Shown piece by piece: positions 18,389 through 27,157 of a stretch of DNA of 64,000 nt. Position 1 is the first letter of the stretch. The number at the start of each line of letters is the position of its first letter. The DNA is taken from assembly GCA_963675665.1 (NCBI GenBank), contig OY776510.1, positions 1,120,001 to 1,184,000 on the forward strand, read 5' to 3'. Under the pieces are notes generated by a model. The model worked only from the letters and a program-made list of their open reading frames with translations. It was not told the origin of the DNA and did no database searches. The position numbers and the translations under genes were made by a program. This stretch comes from Spirochaetia bacterium (GTDB lineage Bacteria > Spirochaetota > Spirochaetia > UBA9216).

Positions 18389-19816
18389 ATGACAGGCCCG
18401 CTCAACAGAATTTTTTTTATACAGGTTTTATTATTTGCATTATCCATTTTCCTGATTCTGTTGGCTGTTTTTTCTTTTCAAACAATGGGTAATGTCAGGA
18501 ATAATATTGTTCAGGAATTTAAAACGAGCCTCCAGATAATGGCCAATAATGTTACTCACAAGGTTTTAATCGCCGAAGAGAACGTGAAAGCCGTTTCAAG
18601 CCGATCGATGATAAAAACCCGGTTATTTGATTATCATAACGGAACTTTCAGTCTTGAACAGATCAGGGAATACACTCAGCCGAAATTTGAAGAAGGAGTT
18701 GCAGTTTACAGCAACATTCTTTATGCTGCAAGAACAGATTTAAACGGTACGGTAATTGCAGATTATTTTCCGGAAGCCCGGGGAGCAGAAGCAGATATGG
18801 CGGGAAGCCCGCTTTTTTTTAAAACCGAAAACGGCTGTAATGTTCTGATCAGAAACCGTATTATACATAACCAGACTGAAATAGGAACAGATGAGGCCGC
18901 TTTTTTAATGGATAGGTTTCCCGAAAATGACTATAAGATACTTCAGGCGGTATGCATAAAAGAAGAGTTTATTCATGATAAAAGAATGCACCAGTATTCT
19001 TTTTCTGTCCCTATAGGCAGTACCGGGTTTCATTTATATGCCGAACTAAATCAGGAAATGCTTAAAGAAGCGCAGCTTTCGGAAATCAGGCTTGTGCTGA
19101 TTGAATCATTTCTTCTTTTTATCGTTGTAATCATCATTTCATATTTTACCATTCTGAGGCTTGCTCTGGGGTTGAATGAAAAACTGCAGGAGTCCAACCT
19201 GAACCTGAATGACGCGTTGAAAGGCAAAGACCTGCTGTTTAAAGAACTTCATCACAGAATAAAAAACAATCTGGCCTTCATAACAAGTTATATCAGGCTT
19301 CAGCAATCCCGTACGGATGATAAAGAGATAATTCAAAAGAATGATCAGCTGGTCAATAAAATAGATGCAATAAGCATAGCATATGAAATGCTTCGAAACG
19401 GAGATGAAATATCATATCTGTATTTGGGAGATTATCTTTATAAATTATGCGTAACAGTTGTTGATTCCAGCCATGTTCAGGGGGTCAGCATTGAACGCGG
19501 CCATACGGATCAAATAAGTATGAATTCAAAAAAAGTTATAACAATCGGTTTGCTGTTTTCAGAACTTGTAATAAACTCCATCAAGCATGCAAAGGGAAAA
19601 GAAGATTTAAAAATAACAATCGGGATAAAGATTAATCAAAAGAATGTTGAGTTATCTTATGAAGATGACGGGAAAGCTTTTCCCGAGGACATGAGTATCA
19701 GTGGGTCGGAGTCTTTTGGTATGTTGATTATATCGAGTCTTGCAAAACAAATTGATGCTTCGATAGAGTATAATTTTATGCACAGTAAATTGATGAAATT
19801 TATTGTGCCTGTTTAG
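18389..19816 (+). CDS. Membrane sensor histidine kinase, HisKA_2 type, with extracytoplasmic domain
   Basis: TM-periplasmic-TM topology, FKELHHRIKNNL, SELVINSIKHA, EDDGKAF, SFGMLII. Confidence 0.88.
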   Translation: MTGPLNRIFFIQVLLFALSIFLILLAVFSFQTMGNVRNNIVQEFKTSLQIMANNVTHKVLIAEENVKAVSSRSMIKTRLFDYHNGTFSLEQIREYTQPKFEEGVAVYSNILYAARTDLNGTVIADYFPEARGAEADMAGSPLFFKTENGCNVLIRNRIIHNQTEIGTDEAAFLMDRFPENDYKILQAVCIKEEFIHDKRMHQYSFSVPIGSTGFHLYAELNQEMLKEAQLSEIRLVLIESFLLFIVVIIISYFTILRLALGLNEKLQESNLNLNDALKGKDLLFKELHHRIKNNLAFITSYIRLQQSRTDDKEIIQKNDQLVNKIDAISIAYEMLRNGDEISYLYLGDYLYKLCVTVVDSSHVQGVSIERGHTDQISMNSKKVITIGLLFSELVINSIKHAKGKEDLKITIGIKINQKNVELSYEDDGKAFPEDMSISGSESFGMLIISSLAKQIDASIEYNFMHSKLMKFIVPV

Positions 19817-19819
19817 ACC

Positions 19820-20566
19820 GTGATGCTGAATGCCGTTGTAAATATTGATAAAAGCCTTTATTTCTTTTTAAAGAAAAAGTATGGACAAAATAAAATCAAT
19901 ATTGAATTCAAAAACAAACGAACCGTAAAAGATTTGCTTGAAAGTATCGGTATTCCGCATGTCGAGGTCGGCGATATTTTAATTGACGGAGAGCGGAAAG
20001 ATATAAATTTCCTGATAGACAGAGACTGCAGTCTGAGGGTGTTTAATGTTCTGCCCGGTATGCCTGCCCCGGTGGCTTTCCCCCCGGTCTTTATCCTTGA
20101 TGTCCATCTCGGCAAGCTTGCCTTAAACCTGAGAATGTTGGGGTTTAAGGCCGACTACTCCAATAATCGTGATGACCGGGAACTTGCCGGGACGGCTGAG
20201 AAAACCGGGGGTATTTTGCTGAGCTGTGATCGGGGTCTTCTAATGCGCCGTAATGTTAAAACCGGAATGGTGATAAGAAGCCGCGAACCGGTTAAACAGG
20301 CAGCAGAGGTCGTTCGGCGATTTAATCTTTACGGGCATATAAAACCCTTTTCTGTTTGTCCGGGATGCGGCGGAGCTTTGAAGCGGGCAGGAAAACTGGA
20401 TGAGCTAACATCAAGTGAAAAAAACTCCCTTCCGCCGAAGGTCAGAGGCTGGTGTGATGAATACACCCGGTGTGCCGGGTGCGGGCAGCTTTACTGGGAG
20501 GGCAGCCATTTTCCCTCGCTTTTAGCAAGGATTAATGAAATTATTGCTTATTCAAAAGCCCCGTAA
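19820..20566 (+). CDS. Ubiquitin-like + Mut7-C (PIN-like) RNase domain protein
   Basis: N-terminal TVKDLLESIGIPHVEV (Ub-Mut7C); FILDVHLGKLA..LRMLG, CPGCGG...CAGCGQLYWEGSH Zn ribbon. Confidence 0.92.
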   Translation: MMLNAVVNIDKSLYFFLKKKYGQNKINIEFKNKRTVKDLLESIGIPHVEVGDILIDGERKDINFLIDRDCSLRVFNVLPGMPAPVAFPPVFILDVHLGKLALNLRMLGFKADYSNNRDDRELAGTAEKTGGILLSCDRGLLMRRNVKTGMVIRSREPVKQAAEVVRRFNLYGHIKPFSVCPGCGGALKRAGKLDELTSSEKNSLPPKVRGWCDEYTRCAGCGQLYWEGSHFPSLLARINEIIAYSKAP

Positions 20567-21423
20567 TTGGCAGAAACATTATTGTCGGAGGTGAAAATGG
20601 TTAGAAAGTCTTCTCCCTCAATTGATATAAAAATATTTTTTAGACTTTGATCCTTTATATCCGTTGAAGATGCGACCGACTTTAAATTATCAAGGGGTAT
20701 ATAGAGATCTTCTCTGCCGTAGATTGGAAAGGAAAGATACTTGAAATTCCTGCCGCGGTTTATGATTTTTAATTCGCTGCCGTCGCAGAAATGGAGAGAT
20801 TCAAGAAGCTGTTTGGCGGTGATGATATTCAGAGCTTTGACGAAAAAATTTTCCTTCTGACGGGACAGACGGGTTCTCGGCTGGTATGCAAAAAGAATAT
20901 TGTCCGGGTTTTTTTGTTTTTCCTGCATGATTATACTTTCAAAATAAAAATTAAACACATCTTTTTCAGGGTGTGCCGCCTCGGGAATTCTCTCTTTAAT
21001 ATTCCTGTTGTTTGTCAGGTATCGCCTCCTGATAATTTCTACAGCCTTTTTAATAAGATTGGATGATACTGTACTGTATGAGAATTCATATACCGAGTTT
21101 TTACTGTACAGAGAGAGATTTCCGTTCAGCAATGCTTCATGATGCCTGATGGACAGTATTTCGTGATAACTGAAGCAATCCGTTATAACATTATCGTCTT
21201 CACGTTTCATTATATCGAAATTGTTTTCGTACATCGTCAGGACATAATCATAAAGATTCATACCCGGTGAAGCGTCCCGGCGGTCTATTGATCTCGGTAT
21301 CTTTATCTGAAGCAGAATATTATCTTTTCTGGTGAAGTAGGGGACAAAAAGGGGAGGCAACGGATCTTCGTCGGTTATCTCGAGTATCCATGGTCCGAAT
21401 CGGTCGTATTCAGCATTTCTCAC
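20548..21423 (-). CDS. Conserved hypothetical protein (possible tandem PH-like domains)
   Basis: Long ORF; probable GTG start at 21423 after a GGAGAA SD, overlapping the marR stop; AEYDRFGPWI.EI...D.LPPLF N-terminal motif. Confidence 0.7.
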   Translation of the reverse strand: MRNAEYDRFGPWILEITDEDPLPPLFVPYFTRKDNILLQIKIPRSIDRRDASPGMNLYDYVLTMYENNFDIMKREDDNVITDCFSYHEILSIRHHEALLNGNLSLYSKNSVYEFSYSTVSSNLIKKAVEIIRRRYLTNNRNIKERIPEAAHPEKDVFNFYFESIIMQEKQKNPDNILFAYQPRTRLSRQKENFFVKALNIITAKQLLESLHFCDGSELKIINRGRNFKYLSFPIYGREDLYIPLDNLKSVASSTDIKDQSLKNIFISIEGEDFLTIFTSDNNVSANYGAFE

Positions 21424-21877
21424 TGTCTTCTCCTTTGGTTTTAAAATATAAGCGCAGGAGATGCAGTCCTGTTTCAATTTTATTTTTATCAGTATCATTT
21501 AATCCGTTAAAAAACAGGTTGAGATTATAATCACAGTTTTTCTTGTGTTCGAAAAAAAAGGCTTTTCCGTTTTCCGTCAAACTCAAATAATATTTACGAT
21601 CATCGTCCGGATCATCCGTTCTGCATACAAGATCCAGATTAAGCAGGGTTTTAAGCATTCTGGTCAGGCTTCCTTTCTGAATATCAAGCCTGATGCTGAT
21701 TCCTCCCGGCGTAAGGCTTTTTTCAATATCCAGCACCGCTATTATTTTAATATGATTTTTCAGAAGCCTGATTCCGTTGTACTCGGCCCTGTTTACAATA
21801 GGGTTTATAAATCTATGCAGCCCCGGCAACAGCTCCATTATCACTTCGTTAAGCCGGGATGAATATTCAACTTCCAT
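21410..21877 (-). CDS. MarR-family transcriptional regulator
   Basis: LTPGGISIRLDIQKGSLTRMLKTL...LVCRTDDPDDDRKYYLSLTENG winged helix. Confidence 0.92.
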   Translation of the reverse strand: MEVEYSSRLNEVIMELLPGLHRFINPIVNRAEYNGIRLLKNHIKIIAVLDIEKSLTPGGISIRLDIQKGSLTRMLKTLLNLDLVCRTDDPDDDRKYYLSLTENGKAFFFEHKKNCDYNLNLFFNGLNDTDKNKIETGLHLLRLYFKTKGEDSEKC

Positions 21878-21891
21878 GTTATTTTCTCCAA

Positions 21892-21928
21892 TATAGTTGT
21901 AAATACAACTGTTGTAGTTACAACTATA
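21892..21928. promoter_or_regulatory. Near-perfect 37-bp palindrome made of two tandem GTTGTA-N2-TACAAC boxes; probable MarR operator
   Basis: TATAGTTGTAAATACAACTGTTGTAGTTACAACTATA immediately upstream of marR, next to a minus-strand TTGACA. Confidence 0.8.
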
Positions 21929-21954
21929 AGTGTCTTTTTATTGTGTGTCAAGTT

Positions 21955-21989
21955 AAAAAAGCCTCTGTCCGTTGCGGCCGGACAGAGGC
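21955..21989 (-). terminator. Rho-independent terminator of ackA
   Basis: GCCTCTGTCCG/CGGACAGAGGC 11-bp stem with a T6 tail on the minus strand. Confidence 0.88.
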
Positions 21990-22012
21990 ATTATATTCAG
22001 TTTAAACCTGAT

Positions 22013-23227
22013 TTAGTTTTCGGCGAACCTCATTGCTTCCAGGGCGAAGATTTTTTCCTCGTCGGTAGGTATTACCCAGGCTTTTAATCCGGGAATTGTT
22101 CCGCTTTCGGCGACAATGCATTCTTCGCTGCGGGTTGCGTTTGCCGTTTCATCTACTTTCCATTTATACAGCTTCATGAAATCGAAAACCCTGCTTCTGA
22201 AGTATCCTTCATTTTCTCCGATTCCGCCGGTGAAGACTATTCCCTTCGGATTTTCCATTGTTCCGAGATAACTGCAGAAATACTTTGCAGTACGGTATGC
22301 GGCAATATCTACCACAAGTCCTGCTTCTTTATTGCCTTCAACAGCGGCCTGGCGGATGAAATGCATTTCCTTGATGCCCTTGCCGTAAAGACCGTAAAGC
22401 CCGGATTCCTTGTTTAGAATTCGTACTATTTCCCTGATGTCGGTTTTCAGATTATTGGCCATCAATTCCAGAACGCCGGGATCCAGATCGCCGCTTCGGG
22501 TGCCCATAACAAGCCCCTCAAGCGGTGTTGTTCCCATTGTGGTGTCTGCGCCTGTGCCGCCGACGACCTTTGCCATTGAACAGCCGTTTCCAAGATGGGC
22601 AATTACAAGATTATTTTCGGGTTCATTGAGATTGTTAAGTTCGGCGAATCTTCTTGTAATGAAGGTATATGATGCGCCGTGAAAGCCGTAACGCATAATA
22701 TTGAAATTATCGATCCATTCTTTGGGAACGGCATAGTATCTGGCATATTCAGGCATGCGCGCGTGAAACTGGGTGTCGAAAATACCGGCATTGGGGACCT
22801 TTCCGAATACCGGATCGGCAAGTGCCGCCTGGACAATCTGCAGGTTTGCCGGGTTGTGAAGGGGCGCCAGTGCTGAAAATTCTTTCAGGTAGCCCGTAAT
22901 CCTGCCTTCGGGGCCGTCTATCAGTACTGTATCCTTGATTGCTGGTCCGCCGTGAACGCAGCGATGTCCTGCCGCTACAATATTCAAGCCCGGAAACTGG
23001 TCGGCAATTATCTCTGTTACAGCATGCAGTGCGGATTTATGATCCTTCATGGCCATCTGCAGGACTTCCTTTTTTCCGTCTACCTTTACGTCAATATATC
23101 CTTCGGCTGTGCCGAGGCCCTGACAGTTAAAATCGACAACGGATTCAACGTTGTTTCCTTCAACCTTCTTCACGGCAACCTTTATGGATGAGCTTCCCCC
23201 GTTGAAACAGATTACGTGTTTGTCCAT
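22013..23227 (-). CDS. ackA: Acetate/propionate kinase
   Basis: NGGSSSIK, GHRCVHGG, LAPLHNP, RYGFHGASY, HLGNGCS, TPLEGLVMGTRSGD, FTGGIGEN, PTDEE. Confidence 0.95.
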   Translation of the reverse strand: MDKHVICFNGGSSSIKVAVKKVEGNNVESVVDFNCQGLGTAEGYIDVKVDGKKEVLQMAMKDHKSALHAVTEIIADQFPGLNIVAAGHRCVHGGPAIKDTVLIDGPEGRITGYLKEFSALAPLHNPANLQIVQAALADPVFGKVPNAGIFDTQFHARMPEYARYYAVPKEWIDNFNIMRYGFHGASYTFITRRFAELNNLNEPENNLVIAHLGNGCSMAKVVGGTGADTTMGTTPLEGLVMGTRSGDLDPGVLELMANNLKTDIREIVRILNKESGLYGLYGKGIKEMHFIRQAAVEGNKEAGLVVDIAAYRTAKYFCSYLGTMENPKGIVFTGGIGENEGYFRSRVFDFMKLYKWKVDETANATRSEECIVAESGTIPGLKAWVIPTDEEKIFALEAMRFAEN

Positions 23228-23517
23228 ATTTTCTTTATCTCCTCTTTTCCATGATATCCGCCATGCATTTCCACCTTGCCGTTGACTACAAGCGCGGGTG
23301 TGAATCTCTGTTCCGGATTCTCTGCAGCGATTTTATGGCAACCGGGACAGTAACCCATAAGGCATCCCTGGTGTACGCCAAATTTTTCAATTTCCGTAAT
23401 GTCTGTTATTTTTCTTATTGTAAATTCAATCCTGGATTCTTCTGCGGCTTCAATTACGAGATCCATATACTGATCGCTGACCGCACAATCTGACCCGAGC
23501 ACAATTAATTCCAACAT
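23212..23517 (-). CDS. Small thioredoxin-like protein (MTH895/redox-active disulfide protein 2 type) with CxxS and a Cys-rich insert
   Basis: LGSDCAVS...IRKITDITEIEKFGV...TPALVVNGKV...EEIKK framework; overlaps the ackA start. Confidence 0.75.
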   Translation of the reverse strand: MLELIVLGSDCAVSDQYMDLVIEAAEESRIEFTIRKITDITEIEKFGVHQGCLMGYCPGCHKIAAENPEQRFTPALVVNGKVEMHGGYHGKEEIKKIWTNT

Positions 23518-23598
23518 CGGAATCAGGATAACACAGATTTCAGGATGTTAACAGGGCGAATCCGACCGGTTCAAAATTGCCGGAGTGTGTGCGGATTT

Positions 23599-24111
23599 CT
23601 ACTCAAAACCTTTTGGTTTTCCCAGTATTTCCGCCCATATAACGGCTTTCTGCAGTTCCGGAAGGCTCTTCAGACGCTTTAATGACCTTGCAGAAGAATC
23701 AGCTTTCTGCGGTTGCTTTATTTTTTCCACGTACTCGTCCAGACTGCCCTCCGAAACAGGTTGGGCCGGTTCGAAGGGGGCGGCTGTCTTCCCGAGAGGC
23801 GGTGCTTCGGCTACAGGCTTTGCTCCGGCGTTGGCTGCAAATGAAGAGCGGTCGAAAACCTTCTTCTTGTTTACAGGCGGGGTTTCCCGCAATGGACTTT
23901 TTTTTCGATTGCCCTTCCGGTTTTTCTCACGGAGTGGTCGGGTAACGGATCCCGCAGCTTCATTTTGCCTGTTTTCCTCTGCGTCAGCGGGCGGAATAGT
24001 ATTCAGCGGTTTGGGACGGTTTTTTTTGCCTGCAGCCTTTGCGATCCGCGCAACGAATAAAATAATCATTAAAAGAGGAACAAAAGAAAATATCGTCTCT
24101 AAAAAATCCAA
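23599..24111 (-). CDS. Hypothetical single-TM protein (YqfB-like, floA operon)
   Basis: N-terminal TM helix, low-complexity linker, C-terminal LQKAVIWAEILGKPKG typical of genes following floA. Confidence 0.7.
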   Translation of the reverse strand: MDFLETIFSFVPLLMIILFVARIAKAAGKKNRPKPLNTIPPADAEENRQNEAAGSVTRPLREKNRKGNRKKSPLRETPPVNKKKVFDRSSFAANAGAKPVAEAPPLGKTAAPFEPAQPVSEGSLDEYVEKIKQPQKADSSARSLKRLKSLPELQKAVIWAEILGKPKGFE

Positions 24112-24134
24112 GAAACTACTCCCTGCCTGTACGG

Positions 24135-25127
24135 CTAATCCTCTTTTTCAATTTCCTTGCCTTCTGCGCCGATACTGCGGCGCATGTCGGTATCCGCCTG
24201 GATGTTTCTAAGTTTGTAATAATCCATAATTCCGAGGTTTCCTTTTTCGAAGGCGCCGGCTATTGCTTTTGGAATTTCCGCTTCGGCCAGAACAACCTTC
24301 GCCCTGTTTTCCTCAACAAGCGCTGACATTTCCTGTTCCCTGGCCCGTGCGGCTGCCCGGCGCTGTTCGGCAACAGCCTGGAAACGGCGTTTGTCGGCTT
24401 CAGCCTGGTCCGCCTGAAGCTTGGCCCCGATATTGTCTCCGACATCAACGTCGGCAATATCAATGGAGAGAATTTCGAAGGCGGTTCCGGCATCAAGCCC
24501 TTTCTGAAGCACGGTTTTGGAAATATTGTCCGGGTTTTCAAGAACGTGCTTATAGGTTTCGGCGCTGCCGATAGTGGTAACAATACCCTCGCCGACGCGC
24601 GCTATTATGGTTTCTTCTGTGGCGCCGCCGACCAGCCGTTCAATGTTGGCCCTGACGGTAACCCGGGCTTTCGCCCTGAGCTGTATTCCGTCTTTTGCCA
24701 CGGCATCTATTGTCGTTCTGCCTTTTTCAGGATCGGGACAGTCTATAACTTTCGGGTTAACGCTTGTTTTAACTGCATCCAGTACATCCCGTCCGGCAAG
24801 ATCGATTGCAGCCGCGCGTTTGAAATCAAGAGGAATATTGGCTTTATTGGCGGCAATCAATGCCTTGCTGACGCGGATGACGTCGCCGCTTGCCAGAAAG
24901 TGGGTTTCAAGAAGATCGGAGTCTACGGAAATGCCAGCCTTGGTAAGCATTATACGACTGTCGACTATAACACGGGATTTTACTTTACGAATCCACATTC
25001 CAATCAGTCTGCCGATCGAGATATGAGCTCCCGACAGCAATGCCCTGAACCACAATCCGAAAAACTTGAGAAAGATAGCAATAATTGCAAGCGCAATAAT
25101 CCCCAAAATAATATAAATAATAAACAT
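24135..25127 (-). CDS. floA: Flotillin-like protein FloA (YqfA)
   Basis: [67 protein letters not shown]. Confidence 0.95.
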   Translation of the reverse strand: MFIIYIILGIIALAIIAIFLKFFGLWFRALLSGAHISIGRLIGMWIRKVKSRVIVDSRIMLTKAGISVDSDLLETHFLASGDVIRVSKALIAANKANIPLDFKRAAAIDLAGRDVLDAVKTSVNPKVIDCPDPEKGRTTIDAVAKDGIQLRAKARVTVRANIERLVGGATEETIIARVGEGIVTTIGSAETYKHVLENPDNISKTVLQKGLDAGTAFEILSIDIADVDVGDNIGAKLQADQAEADKRRFQAVAEQRRAAARAREQEMSALVEENRAKVVLAEAEIPKAIAGAFEKGNLGIMDYYKLRNIQADTDMRRSIGAEGKEIEKED

Positions 25128-25131
25128 CCTG

Positions 25132-25605
25132 TTATACCTCCGCTACCGTAATTTTGCTGCCTTCGGTTTTAACGACACAGATTTCTTTTTCTTTTTTAAT
25201 ATATTCACCGCCGGTTACGACGCTGTATTTTTTATCATCGATAACAGCGATTCCCGAGGGTCTTAGATCTGTAACCGCAGTACCTGTTTTTCCGGCAATT
25301 ACCGAATAGTCAAATGCAGTCGATTCAAAACCCTCGGCTTTATCAAAATTACGATGAAGAATCAACTTTTTACCAATCAGTGTTTTGGGGAAAATTCTGA
25401 AAAAAATAATTATCATTACGGGAACAATAATCAGTGATGCCGTAAGAAAAACCGAACCGGCAAGTTTGCTGAAGTTGAATGCAGTGATTATACTTCCGAT
25501 TATACTGCCCGCACCGATTATACCGATCAGGCCGAATGAGGGAATAAAAAACTCAAGAAGTATGGCGGCTATGCCGGTTATAAGTAAAACAACAGCTAAT
25601 ACCAT
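25132..25605 (-). CDS. Short NfeD family protein (TM + OB fold)
   Basis: [14 protein letters not shown] segment; [14 protein letters not shown]...VVTGGEYI C-terminal OB fold. Confidence 0.9.
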   Translation of the reverse strand: MVLAVVLLITGIAAILLEFFIPSFGLIGIIGAGSIIGSIITAFNFSKLAGSVFLTASLIIVPVMIIIFFRIFPKTLIGKKLILHRNFDKAEGFESTAFDYSVIAGKTGTAVTDLRPSGIAVIDDKKYSVVTGGEYIKKEKEICVVKTEGSKITVAEV

Positions 25606-25606
25606 A

Positions 25607-27079
25607 CTACACCTTCTCCGTCAGTTTTTTTACGATAATACGGTTTGAATCAGCCCCGGTAATTACCACCGGGGTTCCTGCTTCAAGAAAATCTCCGTCT
25701 GTTTCAACAACAACCGTTTCTCCGCTGAAAACAGCTTTTCCGGCCGGCCTCAGGGTTGTAACAGCTTTGCCGGTGCTGCCGATTCTGGTTCCGGCTGTTT
25801 CGGGCTGCTGCATGGTATAGCCGTCCGCAGGCAGCTGGCGTGTCTGCAGGATCAGTCGGTTAAGAAAACCTACTCTGGGAAACAGCTGAATTATTACTGC
25901 GATAAAAATAATTGAACCGAAAACCCCTGTGCCCACTGTTAAGAGGTTCTTTTTCAGAATTTCAGTCTGCCACTCGAATTCCGGCAGAACAAAACCCTGC
26001 CGGGACAGCAGCAGTGAAGCTGCAATAAGAAGAATTCCCGAAATTCCGGCAGCGCCGAAACCCGGAATAAGAAATATCTCTACAACAAGCAGAACAATCC
26101 CGGCAATAAACAGAAGGATTTCCAGTGAACCGACATATCCGAGCATTCCGTTCGATATAAATATTACGGCAAAAATGATTATTGCGAGAGTTCCGGGAAT
26201 TCCGAACCCCGGGCTTGTAATCTCCATGTAAAGGGCGCCGAGGCCGAGGATTATAAGGATTGTCGTAAGCGCGCTTCCGGTAATTATGGTGATAAGGGTG
26301 TCGGGGCCCGACTCTTCCGCTTCCGTAACGTCCGGATTTTCAAGTTCAAGCATGGCAAACAGCTGTTCGCGGTCTTCCGGGTTGCCGGAACTTATTCCGT
26401 ATCTGAGCATCTCATTCGAAGTCAGAGTGAGAAGTTTGCCTTCGGCTGAGACCGTTCGTCCTTTTTTAAAAGTTCCGCCGGCGGCTTCTGTTTCTTCCTT
26501 CAGCAGATCAAGTTCGGCGGCGGAAGAGAGCATAATCCTGTCGTTAATTTCAACTTCTACAAGTTCGATATCCGAATCAACCATTGCAAGCGCAGCGTCC
26601 TTCGGGTACCCGTTTTTTTCTGCCAGTGCCGCCATCTGGGCTCTAACCGCGCTTACAGTTTTTTCTTCTGCAGCCTGCATGCCTTCCGTACTCTGATATA
26701 CCGGAGCAGCTGCGCCCATGGAAGTCCCCGGCGCCATGAATATCCGGTTGCAGGAGAAGCTTATCAGCGCTCCGGCAGACCAGCTCACCCCGGTTGATTC
26801 AGGAATGGCCGGGATAAAGGCGATTGTTTCGGCTTTGGCGCTTCCTATAAGGGTTGCTATCTGCAGTGCAGAATCAACCCGGCCTCCGAAAGTATTTATC
26901 TCAAAAATAATTGTCCTTGAATCAGCGGCATCAGCCGCAGCAAGGCTTCTTCTGATAAAAACAGTGAGCGCGCGGTCAATATCGCCGTTTACAGGAATTA
27001 TATATACTCCGTGTTCTTCCGCGAACGCCGGAGAGACAGCGGCTAAAAGTAGAAATATTATTAAAACGTTTTTTAACAT
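25607..27079 (-). CDS. Long NfeD (YqeZ-like) membrane-bound ClpP-class serine protease
   Basis: Signal peptide; INTFGG, SAGALI, MAPGTSMGAA, GKLLTLT; TM block; C-terminal LRPAGKA OB fold. Confidence 0.93.
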   Translation of the reverse strand: MLKNVLIIFLLLAAVSPAFAEEHGVYIIPVNGDIDRALTVFIRRSLAAADAADSRTIIFEINTFGGRVDSALQIATLIGSAKAETIAFIPAIPESTGVSWSAGALISFSCNRIFMAPGTSMGAAAPVYQSTEGMQAAEEKTVSAVRAQMAALAEKNGYPKDAALAMVDSDIELVEVEINDRIMLSSAAELDLLKEETEAAGGTFKKGRTVSAEGKLLTLTSNEMLRYGISSGNPEDREQLFAMLELENPDVTEAEESGPDTLITIITGSALTTILIILGLGALYMEITSPGFGIPGTLAIIIFAVIFISNGMLGYVGSLEILLFIAGIVLLVVEIFLIPGFGAAGISGILLIAASLLLSRQGFVLPEFEWQTEILKKNLLTVGTGVFGSIIFIAVIIQLFPRVGFLNRLILQTRQLPADGYTMQQPETAGTRIGSTGKAVTTLRPAGKAVFSGETVVVETDGDFLEAGTPVVITGADSNRIIVKKLTEKV

Positions 27080-27157
27080 ATTTTAAATTTCTACCCCTTT
27101 GGCGGGAAAGTCAAGTGAGACGTTGCAGAAATTACTACAATCCCGCCGCTTAAGGTT

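Noticed and set aside
18310-18447. N-terminal extensions in the ORF track (18447, 21498, 47523, 51523, 56235, 59426, 6084, 2626)
   Set aside because: They overlap neighbouring genes or promoters; better-supported downstream starts have an SD or a -10 element
23585-25151. Long antisense ORFs (e.g. 23585-24211, 24546-25151; also 6756-7388, 42188-42943, 62173-62853)
   Set aside because: Shadow frames opposite well-supported genes, with no motifs or initiation signals
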